From: an uncultured Burkholderiaceae bacterium | Lineage (GTDB): Bacteria > Pseudomonadota > Gammaproteobacteria > Burkholderiales > Burkholderiaceae_B | Assembly (NCBI GenBank): GCA_963926265.1 | Contig: CAWUWN010000006.1 | Location: forward strand, 13,268-77,267 | DNA: 64,000 bases | Direction of reading: 5' to 3' | Shown here: positions 41,285 to 52,107 of the stretch, one piece after another | Layout: every line of letters starts with the position of its first letter | Position numbering within the stretch: position 1 is the first letter of the stretch | Program-made: the position numbers and the translations under genes | Notes under the pieces: generated by a model | What the model saw: the letters and a program-made list of their open reading frames with translations, nothing else | Database searches by the model: none | What the model was told of the DNA's origin: nothing

Positions 41285-42343
41285 ATGCGCAAAGATTCCA
41301 AAGATCCCTTTAAAAAAACTGCTCCGCCCGGTTTGAAATCGGTGCGAAAAGCAGCCGACCCATTGATCCAACATACCAAAACTAAGGATATTTTGTCTTT
41401 CGGTTCAAAATCCCCTGTTGCTGCCCCGGTTGTTCGGATCATTGAGGTCACTGAGGAGCATGATGGCCAGCGGCTCGATAATTTTTTGATGCGCCTGTGC
41501 AAAGGCGTACCTAAGAGCCACATCTATAAAGCGGTCAGGGGTGGAGAAGTTCGGGTCAATAAGGGGCGGGTTGCGCCCGACGATCGAATTAAGCTGGGCG
41601 ATATAGTGCGGGTGCCGCCGATGCGTTTGCCCGCACCGGATGAAAAGAGAGCTGTTCCTGGTTGTGAATTTCCGATTGTTTTCGAAGATGAAGGCTTGCT
41701 GGTGATTGATAAGCCTGCAGGAACAGCCGTTCATGGCGGCAGTGGCGTGTCGTTTGGGGTCATCGAAGCCCTCCGGGCTGCGCGGCCAGAGGCTAAGTTT
41801 TTAGAATTGGCGCATCGCTTAGATCGCGATACGTCTGGTTTGCTTATGATTGCCAAAAAGAGAAATGTTTTGCTGGCATTGCACGAAATGTTCCGCACAA
41901 GCGGTGGCAGCAAGCATTATCTAGCACTGGTTGAAGGTGATTGGGTCAATGCCCGCCAACATATCCGCTTGCCTTTGGTGAAATGGACGACCCAGACGGG
42001 CGAGCGGCGTGTCAAAGTTGAAGCCGAAGGTCAAGTCTCACACACGATTGTGAGTGCAGAGCGTCGTTTCAATGGCTATAGTTTGGTCGATGCCGAACTA
42101 CGGACCGGCAGAACGCATCAGATACGGGTGCATTTGGCCTCAAGTGGATTTCCAATTGTGGGCGATGATAAATACGGACGCGACGAAACCCGCGCCCAAT
42201 TCACTAAGTTAGGGTTCACAAGAATGTTTTTGCATGCCTGCCGGTTGGAAATGCCTCATCCTTTGACACAAGAGCCGATGGTGCTTGAGGCGCCATTGCC
42301 GCCAACTTGTGAAAAAATCCTCCAAAAGCTGGAGGCACTATGA
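41285..42343 (+). CDS. rluC: 23S rRNA pseudouridine synthase (RluC type)
   Basis: S4 domain GQRLDNFL, IDKPAG..VHGGSG, HRLDRDTSG, TGRTHQIRVH, GDDKYG. Confidence 0.93.
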   Translation: MRKDSKDPFKKTAPPGLKSVRKAADPLIQHTKTKDILSFGSKSPVAAPVVRIIEVTEEHDGQRLDNFLMRLCKGVPKSHIYKAVRGGEVRVNKGRVAPDDRIKLGDIVRVPPMRLPAPDEKRAVPGCEFPIVFEDEGLLVIDKPAGTAVHGGSGVSFGVIEALRAARPEAKFLELAHRLDRDTSGLLMIAKKRNVLLALHEMFRTSGGSKHYLALVEGDWVNARQHIRLPLVKWTTQTGERRVKVEAEGQVSHTIVSAERRFNGYSLVDAELRTGRTHQIRVHLASSGFPIVGDDKYGRDETRAQFTKLGFTRMFLHACRLEMPHPLTQEPMVLEAPLPPTCEKILQKLEAL

Positions 42344-42996
42344 CCCCTTATTCAGTCATTGTGTTCGACTGGGATGGCACATTGATGGACTCGACGCACA
42401 GCATTGTGACGGCGATTCAAGGTGCATGCCGTGATTTGGAGTTGCGGGTGCCGACCGATGCTGAGGCGGCATGGGTCATTGGTTTGTCCTTGGAGCCCGC
42501 TTTACGGCGTGCGGTACCAGACTTAACCGCCTCAATGGAACCGCTGTTTTTGGAGCGTTACCGTCATCACTATTTGTCTAAAGATACCCAGCTTAAGTTA
42601 TTTGATGGCGTCACTGAAATGCTGAGCGATCTACAAGCTGCGGGCGCGATTTTGGCTGTCGCGACGGGTAAAAGTCGTGTTGGCTTAAATCGAGCCTTGA
42701 CAGCAACCTCGCTACACAGCGCGTTTGCTGCAACGCGCACAGCGGATGAAACTTTTGGTAAGCCACACCCTGGCATGTTGTTGGAACTCATCGACGAACT
42801 GATGGTCGAACCTCATCAAATGGTGATGGTGGGAGACACCTCGCATGACCTGACTATGGCGGCGAACGCTGGCGTGCATGGAATTGGGGTCGCGTATGGG
42901 GCGCACCCTGAAATCGAGTTGCGTGCATGCCCGCACCACACGATCGCGTCCGATGTGCCGAGTTTGCATCAATGGTTACGCGAGCGCATTGTCTGA
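42340..42996 (+). CDS. HAD-IA family hydrolase (phosphoglycolate phosphatase-like)
   Basis: FDWDGTLMDS, ATGK, KPHPGML, VGDTSHD. Confidence 0.9.
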   Translation: MTPYSVIVFDWDGTLMDSTHSIVTAIQGACRDLELRVPTDAEAAWVIGLSLEPALRRAVPDLTASMEPLFLERYRHHYLSKDTQLKLFDGVTEMLSDLQAAGAILAVATGKSRVGLNRALTATSLHSAFAATRTADETFGKPHPGMLLELIDELMVEPHQMVMVGDTSHDLTMAANAGVHGIGVAYGAHPEIELRACPHHTIASDVPSLHQWLRERIV

Positions 42997-43098
42997 CTTA
43001 AACTGAATATTTAAAGATTGTAAAACCCACATAATGTATGTGATTGGGTGTGATGAAGTGTGTTTCAATCGGCTCAATCCCTATTGACGGAGTTTCAG

Positions 43099-44058
43099 AT
43101 GCCTGTATATCGCTACCCACGTATTCGTGCCAGTGAGATCACCCCAGAAGAAATCTGGCAAAGTCGCCGTCAGTGGATGAAAGCGGCAGGGGCCACCTTT
43201 GCCGCTGGCACACTTGCTGGACTACCTCAGCTCAGCGCGGCCGCAAGCCTGGCTGCGCTTGAGGCGCAACGCTCTGCCAAGTTTGTCTTGATGGAACCTC
43301 TCACGCCAGAAAAAGATGCAACCACATATAACAACTTCTTTGAGTTTGGCATGGACAAAGGAGACCCGGTTAAGTATGCGAACAAAATGCAGGTCACACC
43401 TTGGAAGCTGCGCGTCGAGGGCGAATGTGCTGCACCGAAAACGTTTGATCTCGATGATTTGCGCAAACTTGCTCCGCTCGAAGACCGCAGCTATCGGATG
43501 CGCTGCGTCGAGGGTTGGTCGATGGCGATCCCTTGGATTGGTTACTCAATGTCGGAGTTGATTAAACAAGTCCAACCAAATAGCAATGCAAAATTTGTAG
43601 AGTTCGTCACCGATGTGCAGCCTAAAAATATGCCGGGCGTGCGAACGCGCTCGATCGATTGGCCTTACCGTGATGGTTTACGGATGGACGAGGCGATGCA
43701 TCCCCTGACCATGCTTGTGATGGGTATGTATGGAAAAGTCTTGCCCAATCAAAATGGTGCACCTGTGCGCATGGTCGTTCCATGGAAATATGGTTTTAAA
43801 TCCGTTAAATCTATCGTCACAATTCGCTTGCTTGAAAAACAACCGGTGGGGAGTTGGGAAAAGTCGCAACCCTCCGAATATGGTTTTTATTCGAACGTGA
43901 ATCCTGAGGTGTCGCATCCGCGCTGGAGTCAGGCGACAGAGCGTCGCATTGGTGAAGATGGCGTATTTTCGCCTAAGCGTAAAACACTCATGCTCAATGG
44001 TTATGCCAATGAGGTTGGGTCACTCTACGCAGGGATGGACTTGCGTAAAAACTACTGA
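43099..44058 (+). CDS. msrP: Periplasmic methionine-sulfoxide reductase catalytic subunit (Mo)
   Basis: Tat motif [50 protein letters not shown]. Confidence 0.95.
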   Translation: MPVYRYPRIRASEITPEEIWQSRRQWMKAAGATFAAGTLAGLPQLSAAASLAALEAQRSAKFVLMEPLTPEKDATTYNNFFEFGMDKGDPVKYANKMQVTPWKLRVEGECAAPKTFDLDDLRKLAPLEDRSYRMRCVEGWSMAIPWIGYSMSELIKQVQPNSNAKFVEFVTDVQPKNMPGVRTRSIDWPYRDGLRMDEAMHPLTMLVMGMYGKVLPNQNGAPVRMVVPWKYGFKSVKSIVTIRLLEKQPVGSWEKSQPSEYGFYSNVNPEVSHPRWSQATERRIGEDGVFSPKRKTLMLNGYANEVGSLYAGMDLRKNY

Positions 44059-44068
44059 GATATAGGCT

Positions 44069-44677
44069 TTGCAAGCGCTCTCAGTCAAAGCGTTTGACCG
44101 CGCAAAACCCCTGCTGTTTATTGCGGGGCTTTATCCCTTGCTGAGATGGGTGGTGCTTGGCTTCCAAAATGCACTCACTGCCAATCCAGTCGAGTTTTTA
44201 ACGCGCTCCTCAGGTACCTGGACGCTCGTTTGTTTATTAGTGACTTTGTCTATTTCGCCACTCCGACAATGGCTCAAGCAGCCGGCGCTTTTGCGATGGC
44301 GGCGTATGTGTGGATTGTTTGCATTCTTTTATGCGGCCTTGCATGCGTTGACATGGGCATGGTGGGATCAAAATTTTGAACTGATCCCCATGCTGTCAGA
44401 CATTTGGAAGAGGCCATTTATTTTGGTGGGTGCTGCCGCATTTTTAACCATGACTCTCTTGGCGGTCACCTCAACGCATGGCTGGATGCGTCGCCTCGGC
44501 AAACGTTGGCAGTATTTGCACCGATCGATTTACCTGATCGGTTTGTTAGCCATCCTGCATTATTGGTGGCATAAACAAGGCAAGAGTGATTTTGACACCG
44601 TCTTGATTTATGCCGCCGTGTTGGCGGTCCTGCTTGCCTGGCGAGTCAGGCGAGCATGGCTAAAGCGTAGAGCCTGA
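44069..44677 (+). CDS. msrQ: Heme-binding membrane subunit MsrQ
   Basis: ANPVE, RRMCGLFAFFY..LH, LAVTS, WQYLHRSIY, LHYWW; TTG start. Confidence 0.93.
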   Translation: MQALSVKAFDRAKPLLFIAGLYPLLRWVVLGFQNALTANPVEFLTRSSGTWTLVCLLVTLSISPLRQWLKQPALLRWRRMCGLFAFFYAALHALTWAWWDQNFELIPMLSDIWKRPFILVGAAAFLTMTLLAVTSTHGWMRRLGKRWQYLHRSIYLIGLLAILHYWWHKQGKSDFDTVLIYAAVLAVLLAWRVRRAWLKRRA

Positions 44678-45499
44678 AGTCGGTAACGCCATGAGTCGGG
44701 CCGCAGTTTGCGGATCGGGTCTACTGGTGACGCGCTCAGAACGGTAGTGCATTTGAAAGGCGCCAATTGCTGCGAGCGTTTGCGCATCAAAATAATTTGA
44801 CTCTGGCACTTGATAACCCACACGTTTAAGTTGCTTTTGAAACCAACCTGCATCTGGATAGCCTATGCGGATAAAGTTGGCTTCGTATTTGGTAGCGGCG
44901 GCCTCGTCAAACCACCTTCCAACACCTGCCTGTGCGAGTTTTTTCCATGGAAAAGAGGGACCTGGATCGACTTTTCGCATGGGGGCCACGTCACTATGCC
45001 CCACAATATTTTCAGGTGTGATGTTGTGGCGCTTGGCGACATCGCGCGTGAGCGCAATGACTGCGGCAATCTGCGTATCTGAGTATGGGATGCCTTTGTC
45101 CCCGTTGCTGTTGCGGGTCCAGCCAGGGTGAACGATCTCTATGCCTATTGAACGCTGATTGAGAAAAGTCTTTCCGTACCAGCTGCTATCCCCAGCATGC
45201 CAGGCACTTTTTTCCTCATTCACTAAACGATAGACGATCGGTGGCTTGTCATCGGTCACCACATAGTGCGCACTGACATCGCGATTGGTCAACGTCATGA
45301 GCGCGCTTGGCTTGGTGGAGGCGGTGTAATGCAGCACGATCACGTCGATGCGACCACTTTGTCCGCGCGATTTCATCGAATCATCAAAACGGAAAGGTCC
45401 ACCCACTTGGGAGGCGCATCCTGACAAGAGTGATGCTAGAAAAAAAATACCAAGCCGCTTGTAAATCTTGCTTGTGAATAAAACGAGCTTAAGCATCAT
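44660..45499 (-). CDS. amiD: AmiD-like N-acetylmuramoyl-L-alanine amidase lipoprotein
   Basis: Lipobox LSGC, IVLHYTA, VSAHY, AWHAG, SIGIEI, GHSD, KVDPG, C-terminal PG-binding-like domain; start ATG 45499 or 45496. Confidence 0.85.
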   Translation of the reverse strand: MMLKLVLFTSKIYKRLGIFFLASLLSGCASQVGGPFRFDDSMKSRGQSGRIDVIVLHYTASTKPSALMTLTNRDVSAHYVVTDDKPPIVYRLVNEEKSAWHAGDSSWYGKTFLNQRSIGIEIVHPGWTRNSNGDKGIPYSDTQIAAVIALTRDVAKRHNITPENIVGHSDVAPMRKVDPGPSFPWKKLAQAGVGRWFDEAAATKYEANFIRIGYPDAGWFQKQLKRVGYQVPESNYFDAQTLAAIGAFQMHYRSERVTSRPDPQTAARLMALPTSGSTL

Positions 45500-46245
45500 G
45501 CTGCCTGAAATAAGAAAAGGGTTGGGTGTTTGTCTAGCATGGGCGTTGCTTGGGTTTTCCACTGAGCAATCGTCAGTGTGCGGATCCATTCGTCCGTTGT
45601 CGTGACTGAACGTGCGATACATAAGCGCGTATTGCCTTTGAGGTGTTCAATTAGGCTCGCAAACATGGCTTGATTGCGATAGGGCGTTTCGATTAAAAGT
45701 TGAGACTGTTTTTGCTTGGCTGAGATGTGCTCCCAGGCTTTGATTTGCTTGACACGCTCTGCAGGTTCGACGGGAGCATAGCCATGAAAAGCAAAACGTT
45801 GGCCGTCCAAGCCGCTTGCCATTAGGCCCAACAAGATAGAGGATGGGCCAACCCAAGGTCGCACGGATGCACCCCATTGATGCGCCAGCGCCACTGCCCG
45901 AGCGCCGGGATCCGCGACAGCCGGGCAACCTGCGTCGGAGACCAAGCCAATGTCTTCACCCTCCTTGAGGGGTGCCAGCCAATTCTCAAGGCTAGCATCG
46001 TCGACGCGTGCATTGAGTTCGTGGATGGTGATCTCCTGCAAGGGGTGCGCGAGAGGGGTTAGTTTGAGAAAGGCTCTGGCAACTTTGGCGCTTTCTGCGA
46101 TGTAAATTTTGAGCCTGCCTGCTTGAGTTTGCGCTTGTTCTGGAAGCCATTGATCAATCGGAGCCTCGCCTAGCCCAACAGGAATGAGGTGCAGCGTGCC
46201 GAGGCGCGCGCGATGCGCTGAGTTTTTTTTAGAATCGAGCGTCAT
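45496..46245 (-). CDS. SAM-dependent methyltransferase, tetrapyrrole methylase/RsmI-like family
   Basis: LHLIPVGLG, GLVSDAGCPAVADPG, GPSSILL, IETPYRN. Confidence 0.85.
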   Translation of the reverse strand: MTLDSKKNSAHRARLGTLHLIPVGLGEAPIDQWLPEQAQTQAGRLKIYIAESAKVARAFLKLTPLAHPLQEITIHELNARVDDASLENWLAPLKEGEDIGLVSDAGCPAVADPGARAVALAHQWGASVRPWVGPSSILLGLMASGLDGQRFAFHGYAPVEPAERVKQIKAWEHISAKQKQSQLLIETPYRNQAMFASLIEHLKGNTRLCIARSVTTTDEWIRTLTIAQWKTQATPMLDKHPTLFLFQAA

Positions 46246-46874
46246 GAGGCTTTGGGAGGCGAGAGGGTGGAAAGGCAAGCGTGCTCGAGGGGGTCGAGCC
46301 CGAAATCTGTCAATAGACGGGTCAGGGAAATCAGAGGTAAGCCAATAATCGAAGTTGGATCCGCGCTCTCCATGCTTTGCATCAAGGCGATCCCCAAAGA
46401 CTCGGCCTTTGCACTCCCGGCAGTATCGTAAGGCGAATCAATTGCGAGATATCGTTCAATTGCAGCATCTGATAGCGTCCTAAAGATGCAGAGGGTTGGG
46501 ACTTCAACCGTTTGGATGTGGTGATCTCGTGCAACCGACATGGCGCTATGAAAAATAACCGACTGGCCTGAAAGTGCCCGTAATTGACGTTTTGCGCCAG
46601 CATGATCGCCAGGTTTGCCGACAGGTCTGCCATGCAAAGAGGCGGCTTGATCGGCACCAATGACGATATGTCCGGGGTGACTGGCTGCAACGACTTGCGC
46701 TTTGGCTTGGGCTAAACGCAATGCAAGGGTTCTCGGATCCTCTCCCACTAAGGGCGTTTCATCAACATCAGGCGAGACTGTAAAAAAAGGAATTTTTAGT
46801 CTTAAAAGGAGATCTCGTCTGTATGGGGAGCTAGACGCGAGAATCAAGGGGGTGCTCACTGTTGGGGTGCTCAC
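46242..46874 (-). CDS. Maf family nucleoside triphosphate pyrophosphatase (YceF type)
   Basis: LILASSSPYRR, VIGADQ, GKPG, GSAKAES, IIGLPL; GTG start at 46874 or 46859. Confidence 0.9.
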   Translation of the reverse strand: MSTPTVSTPLILASSSPYRRDLLLRLKIPFFTVSPDVDETPLVGEDPRTLALRLAQAKAQVVAASHPGHIVIGADQAASLHGRPVGKPGDHAGAKRQLRALSGQSVIFHSAMSVARDHHIQTVEVPTLCIFRTLSDAAIERYLAIDSPYDTAGSAKAESLGIALMQSMESADPTSIIGLPLISLTRLLTDFGLDPLEHACLSTLSPPKAS

Positions 46875-46878
46875 TGTT
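46849..46878. repeat. Perfect 15-bp tandem duplication (GGGGTGCTCACTGTT x2) spanning the maf start
   Basis: Direct reading of 46849-46863 and 46864-46878. Confidence 0.9.
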
Positions 46879-47004
46879 GTTTTGGGCGTATTTGAAATTG
46901 ACGATGCAGGGGAAAACACGCTATTATCTCTTGCTTTGTTGCACTTTTGTTGGTCTGTTGTGACCGAGTGTCCTGTAACACGCGATTTAGGAAGGCAAGC
47001 GATT

Positions 47005-47604
47005 TTGTCAGACGATCTCAACGCTGCATTTCGATTCAGCGCCCCCCCCATCGTTGATGCGTTCGATTTTGCGCGCCGTGGTCAGGTTCTGAAGGGTGCT
47101 TTCAGTGTGCATCGCTTAGACCGTTTGCTAGAGGATCTGCCAGAGCAACCCATCGCAGAGTTAACTGAGCTAGATGGGCCCCCGAGCGTACCAGGCATTG
47201 TTCGCTACGTCATCGAAGGCCGTCGTACTAAAGACGATGTTTCCGAGCTCGTTGTTCAGATTCAGGCTAACTTAGTTCTTGAGTGCCAAAGATGTTTGAA
47301 TGAGCTTATTTTGCCGGTAAATAGGCAAACAGTATTTCAGTTGGTGCGACGTGAGTCGGACCTCGGGGATGAAGACCTCGAAGAAGATGACTTCGGTCAG
47401 CCCGAAAAGATAGTGGGTTCGCCCAAGTTTGACTTGTGCGACCTAGTAGAAGATGAATTAATTTTAGATGTCCCCTATGTTCCACGGCACGAAGTGTGTC
47501 CGGAAATGGTAGATTTGGAGGCGCAGGCCGAAGAAGAAGCCAGTAGGGAGGAGCCCCCATCACCCTTCGCAGTGTTGAGTCAGCTCAAAACCAAGGGTCA
47601 ATAG
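47005..47604 (+). CDS. yceD: YceD/DUF177 family protein
   Basis: [36 protein letters not shown]; upstream of rpmF; start uncertain (TTG 47005 assumed). Confidence 0.85.
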   Translation: MSDDLNAAFRFSAPPIVDAFDFARRGQVLKGAFSVHRLDRLLEDLPEQPIAELTELDGPPSVPGIVRYVIEGRRTKDDVSELVVQIQANLVLECQRCLNELILPVNRQTVFQLVRRESDLGDEDLEEDDFGQPEKIVGSPKFDLCDLVEDELILDVPYVPRHEVCPEMVDLEAQAEEEASREEPPSPFAVLSQLKTKGQ

Positions 47605-47653
47605 TTGTTATCAAGACGGTTGGCGTACAATTCGCCGATCCACAGGAGTTGTC

Positions 47654-47836
47654 ATGGCTGTTCAGCAAAACAAAAAATCCCCGTCCAAGCGCGGTATGCA
47701 CCGTTCGCACGACTTTTTAGTCAATCCCCCAACGGCGATTGAGCCGAATACGGGTGAGCAACATCTACGCCACCATATCAGCCCAACGGGCTTTTATCGT
47801 GGCCGCAAGGTTCTCAAGACTAAAACTGACGAATAA
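47654..47836 (+). CDS. rpmF: 50S ribosomal protein L32
   Basis: [19 protein letters not shown]; Zn-free (no CxxC) type. Confidence 0.97.
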   Translation: MAVQQNKKSPSKRGMHRSHDFLVNPPTAIEPNTGEQHLRHHISPTGFYRGRKVLKTKTDE

Positions 47837-47902
47837 TACGCGTCTGACGGGCTTACCTCGTCTGGGCGCGCCTTGTTTGAGCGCGCTGCGTTTTATCATC
47901 AC

Positions 47903-48976
47903 GTGGCTTCCGTAATTCGCATCGCGATAGATTGTATGGGTGGTGACGTGGGTATCCCCGTCACGGTCCCTGCTGCGTTTGCTTTCGCGCAACGCTTTGA
48001 CGATACGCACTTATTGCTTGTTGGCCTGCCCGAGGAAATCGAGCGGGCCTTTGCAACTTGCGCCAAGCATTTCCCTAATGTGGGTGTGGATCGTTTTACA
48101 GTGATAGCTGCAACAGATGTAGTCACAATGGATGACTCTGTAGAGATCGCCTTACGTCGTAAAAAAGATTCATCCATGCGTGTTGCTGCCCAAACTGTTA
48201 AAGATGGGTTGGCCGATGCGTGCATTTCTGCTGGGAATACGGGTGCCTGGATGGCGATTTCTCGGTACGTATTAAAAACACTTTCTGGCATTGATCGCCC
48301 TGCGATTGCTTCTGCCCTTCCCAATCAGAAAGGTGGCACCACGACTGTGTTGGACCTTGGTGCCAATGTCGATTGCACGGCCGAGCATCTTTTGCAGTTT
48401 GCCATAATGGGCACTGCGCTCGCTCAAGCAGGTAACCCGAACCATGTTCCCTCGGTGGGTTTGCTCAATATCGGCGAAGAGGTGATTAAAGGCAATGACA
48501 TCGTCAAGCAAGCGGGTGAGTTGTTGAGACTAAGCTCACTGAACTTCTATGGCAATGTCGAAGGCAATGACATCTTTAAGGGCACCGTAGATGTCGTAGT
48601 ATGTGACGGCTTTGTCGGTAACGTCGCACTTAAAGCTGCCGAAGGCTTGGCGAGCATGATGTCCGTGATTGTGCGTGAAGAGTTTGGACGAAATGTATTT
48701 TCAAAATTGTTGGGATTGATTGCGATGCCTGTTTTGTCGAGATTTCGACGCCGCGTCGATAATCGACAATACAATGGTGCGGCCTTACTTGGTTTGCGCG
48801 GAGTCGTTATCAAAAGCCATGGTGCGGCTGATATTGTCGCTTTTGGCTTTGCATTAGAGCGCGCCCGAGAGGCTGTCAGCAGCGGCTTGCTCAAACGCAC
48901 AGCCGAATCTATCGCTCAACTCACACATTCAAAAGTCGAAGCGGTGTCTTTGACTCAAGCAGGAGACTCCGAATGA
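47903..48976 (+). CDS. plsX: Phosphate acyltransferase
   Basis: [50 protein letters not shown]; start uncertain (GTG 47903). Confidence 0.96.
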   Translation: MASVIRIAIDCMGGDVGIPVTVPAAFAFAQRFDDTHLLLVGLPEEIERAFATCAKHFPNVGVDRFTVIAATDVVTMDDSVEIALRRKKDSSMRVAAQTVKDGLADACISAGNTGAWMAISRYVLKTLSGIDRPAIASALPNQKGGTTTVLDLGANVDCTAEHLLQFAIMGTALAQAGNPNHVPSVGLLNIGEEVIKGNDIVKQAGELLRLSSLNFYGNVEGNDIFKGTVDVVVCDGFVGNVALKAAEGLASMMSVIVREEFGRNVFSKLLGLIAMPVLSRFRRRVDNRQYNGAALLGLRGVVIKSHGAADIVAFGFALERAREAVSSGLLKRTAESIAQLTHSKVEAVSLTQAGDSE

Positions 48977-49959
48977 CCCAGGTCATGCCTTTTGCGCGCA
49001 TTGTTGGTTCAGGCGGTTATTTGCCTCCTCGCGTTGTGACGAATGACGATTTGGCTGCAGAATTAGCGACCCGACACATAGAAACCTCAGACCAATGGAT
49101 TACTGAGCGAACCGGCATTCGCCAGCGCCATATTGCCGATAAGGGCATGACGACAAGCGCCCTCGCGACCGAGGCGGCGCGGCGAGCCCTTGAGGATGCG
49201 GGTATAGAGGCGAGCGAAGTCGATTTGATTATTGTTGCAACGTCTACACCTGACTTTGTCTTTCCCAGCACTGCGTGTTTGGTTCAGGCAAATATTGGTA
49301 ACAAAGGTGCTGCGGCTTTTGACGTTCAGGCAGTCTGCAGTGGTTTTGTGTACGCTCTGACGACTGCGGATAGCTTTATTCGCGCGGGTCGTGCGCGTTG
49401 CGCATTGGTGATTGGTGCCGAGGTATTTTCCAGTATTCTGGATTGGAGTGATCGCGCCACATGCGTCCTATTTGGTGATGGCGCGGGAGCGGTGGTGCTC
49501 AAAGCAAGCGAGACCCCTGGTATTCTTGCAGCCGAACTGCATGCGGACGGCAGTCAAATGAATATCTTGTGCGCGGCAGGCAATGTCGCCTTCGGCCAAG
49601 TAACCGGTGATCCATTTTTACGGATGGATGGTCAGGCTGTTTTCAAACAAGCTGTGACCGTACTAGACCATTCTGCACGCGCAGTGACTCAGCAGTCTGG
49701 TTTTGATTTGTCCGATATTGACTGGTTGATTCCACATCAGGCGAATCTCCGAATTTTGACCTTTTTGGCTAAAAAATTAAACATCCCCGTCGAAAAGGTG
49801 GTGATCACCGTCGATCAGCATGCAAATACCTCAGCTGCGAGCGTTCCGCTTGCCTTGGATGTGGCACGTCGTGATGGTCGCATTCAACCTCATCAACTCG
49901 TGATGATGCAGGGTGTGGGGGGCGGGTTCACCTGGGGTTCGGTTCTTGTGCGTATGTAG
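48973..49959 (+). CDS. fabH: 3-oxoacyl-ACP synthase III
   Basis: AVCSGF, FGDGAGA, IPHQAN, ANTSAAS. Confidence 0.97.
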   Translation: MTQVMPFARIVGSGGYLPPRVVTNDDLAAELATRHIETSDQWITERTGIRQRHIADKGMTTSALATEAARRALEDAGIEASEVDLIIVATSTPDFVFPSTACLVQANIGNKGAAAFDVQAVCSGFVYALTTADSFIRAGRARCALVIGAEVFSSILDWSDRATCVLFGDGAGAVVLKASETPGILAAELHADGSQMNILCAAGNVAFGQVTGDPFLRMDGQAVFKQAVTVLDHSARAVTQQSGFDLSDIDWLIPHQANLRILTFLAKKLNIPVEKVVITVDQHANTSAASVPLALDVARRDGRIQPHQLVMMQGVGGGFTWGSVLVRM

Positions 49960-50004
49960 TATTGTTCAGCATTCATTTTTTTATCTTATTTTCTCAGCGA
50001 CAAC

Positions 50005-50940
50005 ATGAAATTTGCATTTGTTTTTCCTGGTCAAGGCTCACAATCGGTCGGCATGATGAATGTCTGGTCGGGGCATCCTGCTGCGATGCAAGTGATTGCA
50101 GATGCCTCCGCAGCCTTGGGTGAGGATCTCGGCTTGTTGATGGCTGAGGGGCCTGTGGAAAAATTGAACCTGACGACACACACGCAACCCGCCATGTTGA
50201 CGGCTGGCGTTGCCGTGTACGAAGCTTGGCGTGCGGCGGGTGGTCCCCAAGCATCGTTGATGGCAGGACATAGCTTGGGTGAATATGCGGCGTTGACTGC
50301 GGCGGGTGCTTTGTCGCTTCCAGATGCGGTGCGTCTTGTGCGAGTGCGTGCAGATGCCATGCAAGCTGCAGTGCCTGTTGGAACAGGTGCCATGGCGGCT
50401 GTGCTGGGGCTTGAAGATGATGCCGTGCGTGCAGCGTGCGCTGAGGCAGCCCAAGGTCAAGTCGTCGAAGCTGTCAATTTCAATGCGCCTTCGCAGGTTG
50501 TGATTGCAGGCCATGCCGAAGCAGTTCAGCGTGCCATTCAGACCTCTAAAGCGGCTGGTGCCAAACGCGCCATGCTATTGCCTGTGTCAGCTCCTTTTCA
50601 CTCGAGTCTCCTGAAACCAGCAGCGGATGTGTTGCAGGGTGCACTGGCTGCGATCAATGTGAATGCTCCTCTTGTGCCTGTTATCAACAACGTGGATGTG
50701 GCAATCGTGCAAGATCCTGCGGCCATCCGCGATGCCTTAGTACGTCAAGCATGGCATGCTGTGCGTTGGGTCGAAATTGTTCAGGCCATGCGAGGGCAGG
50801 GCATTACGCATGTGGTGGAGTGTGGGCCAGGTAAAGTGTTGACCGGAATGGTTAAACGTATCGACCCGGAGCTCGTGGCGCTTTCAGTCACAGACCCGGA
50901 GTCCATGCAGGCCGCGCTCGATGCGCTGGCTGCTGCTTAA
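50005..50940 (+). CDS. fabD: Malonyl CoA-ACP transacylase
   Basis: FPGQGSQ, GHSLGE, VSAPFHS, ECGPG. Confidence 0.97.
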   Translation: MKFAFVFPGQGSQSVGMMNVWSGHPAAMQVIADASAALGEDLGLLMAEGPVEKLNLTTHTQPAMLTAGVAVYEAWRAAGGPQASLMAGHSLGEYAALTAAGALSLPDAVRLVRVRADAMQAAVPVGTGAMAAVLGLEDDAVRAACAEAAQGQVVEAVNFNAPSQVVIAGHAEAVQRAIQTSKAAGAKRAMLLPVSAPFHSSLLKPAADVLQGALAAINVNAPLVPVINNVDVAIVQDPAAIRDALVRQAWHAVRWVEIVQAMRGQGITHVVECGPGKVLTGMVKRIDPELVALSVTDPESMQAALDALAAA

Positions 50941-50962
50941 GCTTCAGATCAAGGAAATTGCC

Positions 50963-51697
50963 GTGGACCTCAAAGATAAAATTGCTCTTGTAACAGGTGC
51001 TTCTCGTGGAATCGGTCGTGCGATTGCTTTGGAGTTGGCCGCACATGGTGCAACAGTCATCGGTACGGCAACAACTGAGGCGGGTGCGGTTGGTATCACT
51101 GAGGCATTGTCTGCGCATGGTGGTCGTGGTGTGGTGCTTAATGTCACCGATGTCGCTGGCTGCGAGGCTTTGCTAGATGCACTAGCCAAAGAGTCGGGTG
51201 GGCCACACATTTTGGTCAATAACGCTGGGATTACGCGCGACAATCTTTCTATGCGCATGAAAGACGAGGACTGGGATGCTGTGTTGCAAACGAATCTTAG
51301 TGCGGTCTTTCGCTTGTCGCGGGGTGTGATGCGCAGCATGATGAAAGCACGTTGGGGGCGAATCATCAACATTACTTCAGTGGTGGGTTCGAGTGGTAAT
51401 CCTGGACAAGCGAATTATGCTGCAGCCAAAGCGGGTGTGGCCGGCATGAGTCGCGCTTTGGCGCGTGAACTCGGTAGCCGAGGCGTGACAGTCAACTGTG
51501 TGGCACCCGGATTTATTGAAACTGATATGACAAGTACGCTCGAGGAAAGCCAAACGGCGGCACTCTTGGGACAAATTCCGCTTGGCCGATTAGGTTCGGC
51601 AAGCGATATCGCGCACGCGGTGGCATTTTTAGCGTCACCTCAAGCAGGCTACATCACAGGCACGACATTGCACGTCAATGGCGGCATGTATATGTAA
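50963..51697 (+). CDS. fabG: 3-oxoacyl-ACP reductase
   Basis: TGASRGIG, NNAGITRD, YAAAK, VAPGFI; GTG start 50963. Confidence 0.97.
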   Translation: MDLKDKIALVTGASRGIGRAIALELAAHGATVIGTATTEAGAVGITEALSAHGGRGVVLNVTDVAGCEALLDALAKESGGPHILVNNAGITRDNLSMRMKDEDWDAVLQTNLSAVFRLSRGVMRSMMKARWGRIINITSVVGSSGNPGQANYAAAKAGVAGMSRALARELGSRGVTVNCVAPGFIETDMTSTLEESQTAALLGQIPLGRLGSASDIAHAVAFLASPQAGYITGTTLHVNGGMYM

Positions 51698-51755
51698 TAG
51701 GTTTTTTTTTCCCGGTTGGCTATAATTCGCCGGACTTTTCCCTTTGGAGATCTGC

Positions 51756-51992
51756 ATGGAAAGCATCGAACAGCGCGTCAAAAAGATTGTCGCTGAACAA
51801 CTTGGCGTGAATGAAGCCGAGATTAAGAACGCATCTTCCTTTCTTGATGACCTCGGCGCTGACTCGCTCGATATGGTTGAGCTTGTCATGGCCCTAGAAG
51901 ACGAGTTCGAAACCGAAATTCCTGATGAAGAAGCTGAAAAGATCACGACCGTGCAACAGGCCGTTGATTACATCACTTCCAATTCAAAGTAA
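51756..51992 (+). CDS. acpP: Acyl carrier protein
   Basis: LGADSLD phosphopantetheine site; perfect TATAAT at 51721-51726 upstream. Confidence 0.98.
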   Translation: MESIEQRVKKIVAEQLGVNEAEIKNASSFLDDLGADSLDMVELVMALEDEFETEIPDEEAEKITTVQQAVDYITSNSK

Positions 51993-52024
51993 TTTTTGTT
52001 TGTAGTTAGGCAGCTAGGAAAGAT

Positions 52025-52067
52025 ACGTAAAATTTGATAGGGGTCTTTGACTCCTGTCTTTTTACGT
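52025..52067 (+). terminator. Hairpin with U-tract between acpP and fabF (probable partial terminator/stabiliser)
   Basis: GATAGGGGTC-TTT-GACTCCTGTC followed by TTTTT; outer arm ACGTAAAA/TTTTACGT. Confidence 0.6.
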
Positions 52068-52107
52068 CAAGCTTTTTGGCTTCTACTATTTATTTAAGGA
52101 GTGCTCC

